Positions 39,385-51,668 of a DNA stretch of 64,000 nucleotides are shown here, piece after piece. The stretch is taken from the NCBI RefSeq assembly GCF_003704095.1, contig NW_020846334.1, positions 310,001-374,000 of the forward strand, written 5' to 3'. Source of the stretch: Pocillopora damicornis (lineage: Eukaryota). Under the pieces are notes generated by a model. The model ran no database searches and was not told the origin of the DNA. It was given only the letters and a program-made list of their open reading frames with translations. Within the stretch, counting starts at the first letter, position 1. Every line of letters starts with the position of its first letter. Both the position numbers and the translations under genes were made by a program.

Positions 39385-42300
39385 ATGCCATTTTCTTTGC
39401 ACAGTCACAGTGGGCAGTTCTGTAAGCATGCTTTCTGTACTTTAGAAGAGGTCGTACAAAGAGCAATCGAAGTTGGTTTCACTCACTACGGGCTTTCAGA
39501 GCATATGCCAAGATACGAAGCCGAAGATCTGTACGATGAAGAAATTGAGGTGAGTAGTGCTTCGGTCTAGAATTTAAATAGCTTTGAAATGCAGGAAACG
39601 TAAAACGAAAAAGGTATGCTCTTTCGTTTTATCGAATTCAAGCTTATGTAACTTAAAGATTTAGAAAGTTTAATTCCAGAATGAAACAAATAGAAATAGT
39701 TTTTCTGTCTGAGTTTACGACAACAATGCATTCTATGACACCAGCTATCTCGAAGGCCACATATTATTGCTTTACTGCAACCTTTTCCAAAGGAATATTC
39801 TCAGGATTCGAAAAAATGCTCCCAAATAGGGGTTTCATGTAGAAGTAACACGTTAAAAAAAGTTATTGGTAATTGTGAAGAACAATTGGAAAAACCTGTC
39901 AACTAACATTTGGCATATGGTCAGCACGCAGTTGGCCAACAGACGGTCAACAGTTGACCAACATACAGGCCACAGTTGGCTGACAGTGGACGATAGACAG
40001 CTGAAAGTGGCCGACAGAGCAGGCAGTTGTCCAACAGTCAGCCAACTGTCAGCCCACAGTTTTAAGCTGACCTGTTAGTGCTGTAATCAGTCTGCCATAT
40101 TGGAAAGGTTATTTAGACCCCAGTTTCATGCTCACTGAAGCAACTTGTGTATGAATGAATTATTGTATTATTGTGCATTATTATGATAAATTAGGATGGC
40201 GAAGACAGGGTTGATCAATTTAATTGCAAGTATAATTACAGACCAAATTGGATGACATGAAGTCCTGTTACCAATTAATCAAAACTATGACTATGACAAA
40301 ATTTGAGAAAGAAACTAGACATCTATAATATGTTTCCAGTGTGTCAACTATCCAATTAAAGTGTCCAATAACCAATTTAATTCAAGAATTTTGTTGTAAT
40401 TTTGATTAGGGTTGAACTCAGATTCCCTTAGTCAATAAAATTTTCATTTTTTCCTTTTGTTTAATAAGGGACCTGTACACTTTTAAGAAATAGATTGAAT
40501 TGGGAAATGGAATATTTTGTGGAAATGGTAAAACTGAAAATTATATATCAGTAAAATAATGGCTCTTGTCATTTTTATAGGAAAATTTGACACCTGCTGA
40601 TCTTCAGAATATGTTTAATGACTTTGTTAAGGAAGCCAGGCATCTTCAAGCAAAGTACAAAGACAAGATTTGTCTCCTTATTGGCTTAGAAACTGAGGTT
40701 ATCAGAGAAGACAGTTTTGATCAGATAAGAACACTGAAAAAACAACATGAATTGGACTATATTGTCGGATCAGTTCATCATGTGGATGGAATTCCCATAG
40801 ATTTCAGCAATGAACTGTTTGATAAAGCAGTGGAACAGGCAGGTGGAACAGAAGAAGTCATGTGTCAATACTTTGATCATCAGTATCAGCTAATAAAGGA
40901 GTTAAAACCTGAAGTTATTGGCCACTTTGATGTCATCAGGAAATATCGACCTGACATTGAATTTACAGATATCCTATGGGAAAAGATTGTTAGGAATGTA
41001 AGAGCAGGGATGTCTTATGGAGCTTTGTTTGAGATAAATTGCAGCGGTGCATCACCAACAAAGAAACTTAAATGTCCATACCCACATCCAAGGATTATTG
41101 AGGTGAGACAAGTGAAGTGAAACAGAAATTTCATTCTGCATCCTTAACCCTGTAACTCACATTCATAACCAAGACATAATTTCTCCTTACAATACCAATA
41201 CCATATCAAGCAGATGAGTGATGAGAATAAAGAAAACAGCCTTTTGCTTTTTTTTGATCCAATAAAAAGCTGCACCTCGTTTGCCACTTGTTTTTCCTCT
41301 CCACGTTTTGATGTTATCTGTGATCTATTACTGAACAGATGCATGAAAACATGAAATCAATCTGTTAACTCTCTAACTCCCAGAAGTGATTAACATGAAA
41401 CTTCTCCCTATAATACCAATACATTATTCAGGAAACAGGTTTTGAGAATATTAGAACTTGTCAGGTTGAGGCTGCTATCTTGATCTAGCACCAAGTTCTC
41501 ATAACTAATTTGCAAGAGGGGAGAATTAACAATCAGATCTTGGGAGTTAAAGGTTTAAATGCAATATGCCCCACTGGCAATGGATAGAAAATGTATTTTT
41601 TAAAAAATGGAAACTTAGTGTGCAAAAATACCTGATAATCCAATTTTGAGTGAAAAAGAAATAATTTAGAGTGTCTACTTTTCACCCTCTTTGTCTGGCT
41701 ATTGTTACAAGTGCATTCCCTGACTGCTTTTGCCAGCAGTTTTTCCTTGTCATAGCACACATTTTCAAATGGAATATGGTGTTGTGTCATGCATGTGAAA
41801 GCCATTTGCTCTGAAGAAGGCTAGTGAATGTGGGGCAGAAGTATGGGTGTAGGATCAAAACATTATTTTGCTCTCTATTTATGCTTACTGTGCATGAAAT
41901 TGGAAAGAGAAATCATAGAATTATTGAAATGAGTTAATATGTGGTTCAATTAGGAATTATTCCTGTTCATCGCACTTAATTTACAATAATAACACCACTT
42001 GCAGTACCAATTCCACTTGCAATACAAAAATTATCTATAACAATAAGCTGATAACTACTGTAATATACTAACTTTTGATAAAAGACTAATCTTGACTCAC
42101 AAGACTTTATAACCTTCTTACAATGCTTTCAAATTACTCTTACTTAAATGTACTGTTAGATAATTATATATATTTTTAATATTTTTACATAATCTTCAAT
42201 AAACAATGCCTGTGAAAAACCTCTAACAACATAAGGACGCAAAACTTTACATACACAACTTGCCTTTCGATTCTTGCAGCTGCTCTCTGATGGATGATTA

Positions 42301-42783
42301 AACACACGTTTTCAATTTGTTCTCTGCTTGTATTGCGACTTATGTTAACTGTTAAGAACAGCTCCCCTCTACTGACTGTGGGCTAATTGTTAGCTGACAG
42401 ATAACTGACAGGCCGCCAACATAACAAACAGCTTACCAACAGCTTACTTGTTGCCGTTTCTCCTATTTTTTTGACCAGCCACTGCCTCCAAAAGACCCCT
42501 TAAAGCAATTTTCCTCTTTTTCCCGTAGCTTTTAGTGGCATCTGGGGCTAAATTGACTCTGTCAGATGATTCACATGGAACAGGAGATGTTGGTTTCTGG
42601 TACAAAAACTTGCCCCAGCACTTAGCAACTTACAGGGTCAGTGAACTATACTATCTGGACAGAGCACAGGTGACCAATGACTCAGCAGGACAAGAAAAAA
42701 GAGTTGTGTCTAAAAAGTTAACAGACTGTTGGGAGCATCCATTTTGGGAAAAATGTGCAGAAACTGTAAAATATGACAAATGA
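39385..42783 (+). CDS. HIS2: Histidinol-phosphate phosphatase, PHP family (fungal HIS2/bacterial HisK-type); 313 aa
   Basis: Exons 39385-39549, 40581-41102, 42529-42783, all phase 0 with GT-AG. PHP metal-ligand motifs are intact: MPFSLHSHSGQFCKHA, GLSEHMPR, LIGLETE, YIVGSVHHVDGIPIDF, VIGHFDVIR, FEIN, TLSDDSHG. Confidence 0.9.
41365..41556. mobile_element. MITE copy of the TTAA family (subfamily of 27040-27244)
   Basis: Shares cccagaagtgattaacatg...cagatcttgggagttaaagg with 27040-27244, 55708-55890 and 25975-26165. Confidence 0.6.
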
Positions 42784-43833
42784 CAATTTGTATTTTGTTA
42801 TATAATTTAATGTAATCTTTATCTAATTTTTTTTCTTGGGGAAAGGGGGGGGGAGGAAAGGTTTAAGAGTTAAACTCAGTGAAGACATAGTGCGCTTATT
42901 CTACTTAAAAAAATGATTCCATGTTGTGGTGCAACAGTTTAGTAACAGGTCACAGATGAGGTCAAAGCCTTGTGTAATGAGGGCTATTTGTGCATTTGTG
43001 TATTTATGTGTGTCACCCTCAAAGTTTTAATGACAACGTGCCTCATGGAGCTTTATTTATTGTTATCGTTTACTAAATATCCCCAAGCTCAAAGCAATAT
43101 TTAAGCCCTAAAAGGGAGCATGTTTCATTTATGTGGAATTTAAGATATAAGTCAGCAGTTGTTTCTTTGCATTTTTATTCTATTTTCATTTTGACTTAGT
43201 CATACATCATTAAAAATGTTCAACAAAAATCTATTGTTATGAATTTTTTGCTCTTAAACAAAACTAGTTTTAAAGTTACTTCTATGTTTTTTAACAAAAC
43301 CCAAACACTCCCCTCCCCTCCCCCTCCTATCCACTTGCAGTATTACTGTTATTGGGCTTGAAACGAAGACGAAGCCTTACGACATTTGCCCAGTCATTGC
43401 GAAGTCAAATTCGGTAAGTCTTCGTACTGGCCGAAAGATAACGATTCTACGGACGGTATAAAGGAAATAGGAAAACTCGGGGAGGAGGAGACATGGTCGA
43501 GGAAAAATTTGAAAAGAAGGGGTGAAATAGTACATTCAATTTTTCTTCCTCGTTATCTACAATTTACGTGTTCAAAGAAACCGTCGTGCGACCTGAAAAA
43601 TAATTGTCCTCATTTATGAACACTCTGAGAAACCGTAGTAAAGTTTCTGTTGGCCAATGTAATACGTAGTAACAAGAACAGACTAGGAAAGATGGGCGAG
43701 AGTTGTATATGCGTGCGTAGAAGCGGGCACGGGCGAGAAAAGAGCACCTGTCCCTTTTTATCGGACATAAGACGCTCGTATAAATCCTCGCTCCTTTTTC
43801 TTAGAATGAGTGTCAAAAGTAATCGTGGCTTAA

Positions 43834-44034
43834 CCCTTTAGACCCTAATATCAGTATGCATATTCTCCATACTGTTCTCGATACATTTCTTTAGGTGCTG
43901 ACAAGGAGAATTTGTTAAACAATCAAGAGCTTCAATTGTTGATCATTTCTTTTATTCTCGTGACTTTAACGAGTGATTCAGGGCTGATATTGTAGGGAGA
44001 AATTAGATGCCAGTCACTCTTAGGAGGAAAAGGG
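43834..44034. mobile_element. piggyBac-like MITE, same broad ~200 bp family
   Basis: ttaa|cccttt...aaaggg|ttaa. Internal sequence is shared with the copies at ~15065-15268 and ~60275-60478. Confidence 0.7.
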
Positions 44035-44324
44035 TTAACCACGATTGCATTCGTTACGTTTTTCTTCACCTCGCTTCGCTATTGGTCCAGAAAACTCATT
44101 CCACACTCGCAACCAATCAGGTCGCACGCGTTTTCCCGCGCTTCATAAACCTGTGGGGGCCGTTTTGATTACTTTAGTTATAGTAATACGAAAAACACTT
44201 CATTGCTTAAGAAGACCGTGCCTCATCACTCTTCTAAGTTAGCTGTCAAGGCTTCCAATGATGTTTACCTAAACGTTTGAGAAAAAATTTATTCCTGTAC
44301 TGCAAAAGTCTTCTATGTTTCTTT

Positions 44325-47300
44325 TTACAATAAATCGGGTCGTATTCCACCCTCAGTATCTGCGTGCTCCTCAGCACCACCGGGCGTATTCTCGTATACT
44401 GGCTCCTCAGGCCTTTTTGGCCCGACGGTTTCATATAAGTTTTCTGTTTGCGGTCCATTCATATTCACGTACGTGTTGCTGCCATTAAGAACATCCTTAG
44501 GTCTTTTATAGAAGTCCTCCATCGCTACTTCTTTGGGTGTTTTATAATGACCCTCGTCCAGAGAAGCCTGAGCCTGAGACCTCTCACACGTGGCTTGGCG
44601 CGCGGCGTTGATTTGATCTTGAGTGACATAACGATCTTCATCATCACTTTTGCCATTGGGCGCGCATCCAATTTTTGTCAGAGATCCAATACTGTCGTAC
44701 AATCCCGCAGATGCCCCGTCGTCGAGTTTACTCTGCTCCGAATTCAAATCAACCCGCAAAGGATCGCATTTTTCTGAATAACCGGAAGCCACCAAAGGGA
44801 CATTTTCCGTGTCTGTGCTCGGTACTGTTCCATTTGGTTGCTCTACAAGAATTTCAGGTTGATCTGGTTCATCTGAAGTAGATAACAGCCCCTCGGTCAT
44901 GGAGTCTCCACCGAGGGTGGATGCCGCGGAAGGAGACTCATATCGGACGCTGTACGCCCCTCTTGTTACCATATCTCTCGACCGCCTTGGCTTGGCGCCA
45001 TTTTGAAGCAGCTGTCTTCTTTTGCGTGAACGTTTCCGCGCTAAGGAGAAGACAATTACGAATATGATGACCAGGAGAATGGCGCCGCCCACAGGAGCAC
45101 CAATTATGAGAATTTTGTTTAGCATGTTGTCCTTAGATGTTTTTCTTGCTGAAAATTAAGCAGTGGATAATATATTAATGATTTTTTACTGAAATGAAAT
45201 TTGTTATAATATGGAACAGTGAACTCTGACGTAGACTTGTACATGTAAATAGAATGACCACAATGACCGTAAATATATGGAAATCATGTATGTGAACTTA
45301 TTTTTAAAGAAAGAAAAAATATGTGTGAACTGTGGATTAAGAAATAATGAACACCAATGAAGCAATAGTGAAAAAATATATTTACAGTCATTGATTCACC
45401 TCTTGATGGATTTATTACGAACTAATATAATGACCAGCTCCCAGTTGGTTCGTCAGCTCAGTTGGTAGAGCGCTGCACCGGAATCACAGAGATCCTGGGT
45501 TCAAATCCCGTACAGGTCCGATTTTTTCGGGCCTTATTTTCACTATTACTTGAGTAGTGTTCATTAATACGAAGATCGCTTTCATATTTAGAATGACCTC
45601 AATCAGTGTTCGAACCTATATATAGAGTGCTTTTCGATTGAATGTCCTCAAACCAAAACAAAACCAATCAGAAGAAAGGAATTTACCCAATTGAGCCAAA
45701 GAGAAAAAGCAAACTGCCTAAAGCGCGGGAAAACGCGGGTGACTAAGTCGCGATTGAATTTCTTTTGCATTTGATAGGTTGAGAATGTGGTGCGAGGTTT
45801 TTGGACCAATCACAGCTGCAGAGTGAAGTAATGCAAAACTTAAGCAATCTAGGATTTCTTTCGACACAAAATTTCTCTAAATCGACATCTTACAAATTGG
45901 CTGCGGTCTGCAGCATTATCCTATAAACGACAGCTGTAACAAAACTGGCCTCTTCACACAAACGTACCTTGATCAAGTTTAGCAACCACTGGTGTGAACG
46001 GCTCAGACGGATGGCTTGTTGCAGCCTTCTCTGAGGAAAGTGTTGATTGAACAGTTGCTACAGTCCTTGATAAAGTCGGTTCTGTTTTCTTTGGCTCGGT
46101 GGAGAATACAACTGCGATAGAGATGTGCATGTTAGTCGATACCAAATTAGTTAGTTTTGAAACTAAGTAGAAGTATTATCCTTCGCTTCTCGCGAATTCA
46201 AAGCATGTTTGTGATGATTTTAAGAATTTAGGAAAAGAAGCAGAATTGAAATGAATGTTATCTTTTAGTCCATAATAATTTTCACTCTTTAGCTAGTCTT
46301 CTGGATAGTTTGTGGACTAAGTGACGTCATTAAAGTAGTAATTTCACCTCTTTCATCTAAATAGTCCAATAAGGATCTTACTCGTTCCTATTCTCCTTCT
46401 AACGCTTTCTTACCGCCCGCGTTATGAAAGCAANNNNNNNNNNNNNNNNNNNNNNNNNNNNNNNNNNNNNNNNNNNNNNNNNNNNNNNNNNNNNNNNNNN
46501 NNNNNNNNNNNNNNNNNNNNNNNNNNNNNNNNNAGATGGCCGCGAAATCGTGACTTAGTCACTAGCGCGTTTTCCTGCGCTATAGGCATTTTGCTTGCGC
46601 ATTACTTTGAGCTCCCATTATAGCTTATTGCGATATTTAGCTCTGATCTAAATGGCTGTTGTAATAACTTAAGTTTTCTTCTTTTGAAGTCGATCACTGA
46701 TTGCTCTCTAAAGCTGTGGGCACATCGCGCCAACAAAGCCGTAATGGTAATCCTTTAGTAATGCTTATTGGTAATCCTCATAAGAAAAGGCGATTTCATC
46801 CGTTGCAGGCTGAGCTTTTTTCCCGTCGACGGCCTAGGATTTTCTTTTTTTCTCGCGATAAAATCTCTGAAGAAAGCACTTTGTAAAGTTTTTCTAGAAA
46901 GGCTTGAAAATTAACTGATGAATTGAAAGCGAAAGGAGCGATTTGAAAGAAATATCCAGCTTTCTTAGGTCATACATGGACAGATGAACTTGATAATTTG
47001 CCATAACATGGATATGCATTCCTTCTCTAAGTTCGGATGTGGTATTCTCAAACGGATTAAGATCATGACAGGCGGAGAAACACGTATTTGTTATCCCTCT
47101 CTCGTTTACAAATTTTTTTAATTTGAGAATATCACGTCAGCTTTTTTCGAGAAGTCTGAAAGGAGTAAGATCAAAAAATCTCGGCTGTATGAGAAATAAA
47201 ATTTTGAAACAAATAATTTGTTGGATTTTAAGAGCGAACGTTGGAGCGTGTTTCAGCGATTTCAGCTTCACAATTTTGAAAACAAGTTTTAGCGAGTATC

Positions 47301-48556
47301 TACATGTTCTTAATCAAATAACCACAGCCTTTTAACCGAAAAAAATTTTTGGCTGGCTTATTACAACCTTAGTAAGATCGCCTCTTTTAAATTCGTTCAT
47401 TTATTTCGCCAGTTGACAGCTAAAAGGTGAAGCACAAGCTTAGTATACGCGTTCCCTTTATTTTTTGTGATAACACTTTTTAGCAAGTATATAGTGCTAT
47501 GAAACCTTTAATAAGTCGTTTAGCCAATTATAAAAAAGATTAAAAGCGTATCAATTGTTGTAAATGAACTACAAAAGTAAATAACGCCAATTAACATATA
47601 ATTTTCGCTCTATTCATTGCACAAATAACTCATTTCCTAAATGGTTTGTTACGTTGAATTTTAAACTCTCTTGTTTTTCTTTAGCGGCAATTGTTTTTCT
47701 ATATGGTAAGGTCAAATAATTTGGAATCTCAGCGATAACATTTATGTGATAAATCCGGTTTCAAAAAATACCAATGGAAACTACACGCTGGCTTCATGTT
47801 CACTGTATCGACCGGTTGACGAGTACAGACCAGTTCAAAACGGAAAATTCCTGAACACTGAGAAAGCCGCATCATGGCACTAATGATAAAGTGGGAGGTA
47901 AATTAGAGAATTTTCAGAGAAGGGGAGGGTTTTGTTATCCAGGCAAATCTAATATTTTTGTAAACAGTTACATAGTTCGCCGCTGTTTTCTCTATATTTT
48001 CTGTTTTTTTCTGTGGTAACTATTTGTCTGAAGACTCTCTATGCAATGTTCCTGTCACTGATGATTATCAAAGATATCGGATGAATAAAGCTTATTCAGT
48101 AACATATGTGGTGATGTAAGTTAAGTGATCGAGATTTTTCTATTGTAAGACAACTAAAAAAGTTAGTGTTGCCTGAAATTGAAAAGACACTGAGAGGAAA
48201 CATGCCAAAAACGAACTTCAACAAGCCTTAGTCGAACTGAAGCAATATCACAAACAACAGAGAGGGAAAGGTCTTGCTGAAACCCAAAAAACCACTCCAG
48301 CGATCTTCGAAGTAAATCCGATTGGGAATGTTAAATCTTCTATTTAGTTTCGATCTTCTTTAACCATCACGAAACACAGTATTATTTGAAAAAAGGCAAA
48401 AGATGAATAATCACTTTCGCTCTAGATAGTAACAAAATAATTCTATGAAAACTTACTGCTCGAAGCTGAGCTTATTCCAGCCAGGTTTATAAGAACCCAG
48501 GTCAAATGTATCATCAAGAAATTTCTTCCAAAATCCATCATCTTCATTAGTGACAT
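44325..48556 (-). CDS. Uncharacterised type I single-pass membrane protein with a tyrosine-motif-rich cytoplasmic tail (>=355 aa)
   Basis: Signal-peptide exon 48556-48457 (MSLMKMMDFGRNFLMIHLTWVLINLAGISSASS|gtaagt, phase 1). S/T/P-rich exon 46111-45968 (phase 1-1). Last exon 45148-44325 with TM ILIIGAPVGGAILLVIIFVIVFSLA, stop-transfer RKRSRKRR and a ~235 aa tail. An N-gap at 46434-46533 could hide further ectodomain exons. Confidence 0.75.
45260..45588 (+). mobile_element. Repeat containing a tRNA-like module (A/B boxes), flanked by a 10-bp direct repeat
   Basis: agctcagttggtagagcg...gggttcaaatccc at ~45447-45519. tagaatgacc occurs at 45250-45259 and 45589-45598. Confidence 0.6.
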
Positions 48557-49183
48557 AATTTGTCTCTCGTTTCCCTGGCTGTGATTTACGACGGTGAACG
48601 AAACGTCGTGATGTTTAGCGCTGAAACCAAGAAGGCCACAGAATCAATGACAAAACGTCCGGTTTTCTTGTTCCCGTACTTATAATGTGGATCAAAGCGG
48701 AACAGCTTGAGTTGAAATACGTAGCCCTACGTGCTGACGGTAACCTAAGGAGACAATTAAATTTGAACTCATTGGTATGTTTTGGTAGGAGTGCCAAAAA
48801 TATTATCAAAGCTTTGAGTTGTACGTCTTTCATCACTGACAATAGCTCGACTTCTCTTTAAGTCTTTTAGAATGAATCGTGTAAATTTTGGCCAAAAAAA
48901 TACGATAGCATAAATCTCCTTCTAACTGAGAAGTCTGATTTTATAGCTTCGTGGACATGTATGGGTGGTTTCATAATGGAACCCTATTTCTCTACACCCC
49001 TACCCCCCCCCCACCCTTCACTCCCTAAGAATGTTTCATACACATCTGTCTTTCTTTTGGGTCGTCGAAGCAAAAATATTCATGATTTATGGGTGCAGAG
49101 TAAGGTTGCCCTTGCCAAAAAATGTCGACAAGCAAGAACACGCAGTAAAAGACACCAATTTGTCGTTTTCACGACAATATTTT

Positions 49184-49320
49184 GGATCAATATCAGTATC
49201 TGGGCAACTACCCACCTACCCCTCCCCTAACCCAACAACAGTCAATTGATAACATGTTAGGGTGAATGTTGGGTTAAGGGAGGGATAGATGGGCAGTTGC
49301 CCAGATACTGATATTGATCC
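49184..49320. mobile_element. 137-bp hairpin MITE
   Basis: Perfect 26-bp TIR GGATCAATATCAGTATCTGGGCAACT with imperfect pairing continuing inward. The flanks are aatatttt and catatttt. Confidence 0.8.
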
Positions 49321-51465
49321 CATATTTTTATCGATTTTGACGCCTTTTGTCCGATCTAGTTCCTGCTTCCTGTAATGCTGCAAGTTATACGGGAGGGGAG
49401 CTTCCGTTTCATGGCCAAAAACAAGTCTTGTCGAGCAGTGGGCAATAAAAAAAATCAAAATCATGACCTCGTTCGCTTTCCTTACAAACATAACTCAACC
49501 CAACAATAAAAACTGCATGAAAATCTTTTGTAAACAGCTCGTGCAAAAAATTTAATTTAAATGCAAAGAAGAGCTGACGGAAGAAAGGAATAAATCTACT
49601 TTTTCCCGTTTGCCATCAGCCCACGCTTAAAAGCTATTATTAACCTCTTTTAATTATACTCTTTTAACGTGCGCACCTACTACACATCAAGATAAAGCAA
49701 TATTAAAGATCTCAAGAACAACTACTTTTTGATCTTATTCTAAAAGTCCTTTCTGAAGTTGTAGACTTTGTTCCTTGAGGTTTTTTACAATAAAAATAAC
49801 TTAAGCGATTTTATGTCGTGNNNNNNNNNNNNNNNNNNNNNNNNNNNNNNNNNNNNNNNNNNNNNNNNNNNNNNNNNNNNNNNNNNNNNNNNNNNNNNNN
49901 NNNNNNNNNNNNNNNNNNNNNNNNNNNNNNNNNNNNNNNNNNNNNNNNNNNNNNNNNNNNNNNNNNNNNNNNNNNNNNNNNNCCCCCCCTCGCTCTTTTC
50001 TATGCACGAAACTTTTCTGGATTGGAGAGAAAAAGCAATCAAGAATCAAAATTTTAACGAGTTCTTTCTTTATAATATACGCGCTTGATTAGAAATAGTA
50101 GTGAACCATAATGCTAATAAAACTTTGCAGGGAATTAGATTTTCGTGTTTAAACTATTTGGCGCTGCTTAGTGAACCAAATCGACTCAAGTCCTCTTATC
50201 TTCACAAACAAGATATTTCAATTGGCAAAAGGTTTGTCATCAACACGAATTAGAGCGCTAATGTCGAATTATCTTCTCAGTTAACATTATGTAACTGAAA
50301 ACAGCTGGATGATTGCAAACCATCATGATTTGTCATTTATCACTGAGCGAAAGTATTCAGAAAGATAGTATTATGCGTATATGCTAATCAAACTCTTTTC
50401 TGTCTTTTGCGAGCGCAATGGATGTCTGGCTGACAGACCAGCCAATCTCGCCGTAATGAGTTCATCAGCTATATTTAAACAGAGTTAAGGAAATATCACT
50501 TACAAGAACACTGGGTCCTCGATGAGGTAACAAACTTCAATTCTTGAATGGTAGAAAGAAATCACTACGACCGCAAAAAATCCGTTCGATCGGTTGTGAG
50601 CAGGCACGCTTCAATGATTGTCTAAAGCATGTGGAATGCTTTATGATGTGAAGTGACCTTTATCATACTGAGTCGAACAATACACGCTGCGGGAATTTTT
50701 TGGCGCAAAGTTTCATCACCTCTACGTGATGTAGGTCAATATTAGCCACTAAGAATCTGTCAAAACAAATGGGTGGAATGGATGTCACTTCCGGTGGAAA
50801 GCGCACTAAAACTATTTTATGACATCTGAGGAGGGTGATCTGAGTTTGAGCCACCTTTACTTTTTTTAAAAATATTACTTCTCTTGTAATTGATCAAAAG
50901 AGAAGTTTTTTCAGCGCTTTTTAAGGACGAATAATAACGAAGTCTTGAGTGTGTGGAAATTGTTGCGGAAGTCTTTTAACCCCGCTCGCTTGTTCAAAAA
51001 AATCAAGAGGACTGTATTCATCCAAACCAACAATCTATTGCGATATACAATTCTCACATATTCAACGGTCGTAACACAAGGATCAACGATCAACGATCAA
51101 CTAACATAATCTAAGTATACAGAGGTTTTTTCTACTATCCTTTCGTAAGGCAGTATTTTTACATTAATCACATGTACAGCAAAAGTTCCCTTTGTAATGT
51201 ATCTAAATTAAGTGACTATTACAAAATCGCATGCTCTTTCACCTTATTAAGCCTAAGAAAATGCACGCAGTTACATCATTTTATATCGTAAATAAACTCG
51301 GACTTTGTCTACGTTATTGTGAGATCTAGTGTCAAAAAATCTAACTTCTTTGCGTTACAAATGTCAATTTCTAATTAATATTTATTCACAAAATAATCAA
51401 GCATCACCTATTTCTTTCCCGACAGAAATTAAAAAAACCATCAGTGCTGTTTGCAAAAAGATTAA

Positions 51466-51668
51466 CCCTTTAACTTCCAGATCAAATTTGTCATCGTCCT
51501 CATTGTCAACCACACAATTCTTATAATATTAGTTCGGAGAATTTACTATTGGATCAACTGATTATCCCCAAATTGATATTTTTCTTTATTCTCATCACAT
51601 ATCTGGTTGATATTGTGTTGATATTATAAGGAGAAATTCTGTCTTGGTCACTCATGGGAGTTGAAGGG
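51466..51668. mobile_element. piggyBac-like MITE copy
   Basis: ttaa|ccctt...aaggg|ttac. Internal sequence matches 30199-30392 and, in reverse, 59152-59358. Confidence 0.65.

Noticed and set aside
44325-44710. Canonical ITAM/ITIM in the membrane-protein tail
   Set aside because: There is no YxxL/I-x6-8-YxxL/I pair, and the -2 residues of YDSI and YETV (G, N) do not fit the ITIM consensus.
45447-45519. tRNA gene
   Set aside because: A and B boxes are present, but the acceptor and anticodon stems pair poorly and it lies inside a repeat, so it is treated as a tRNA-derived element.
49768-50088. ORFs spanning N runs
   Set aside because: They are artefacts of assembly gaps, as is 20646-21014.
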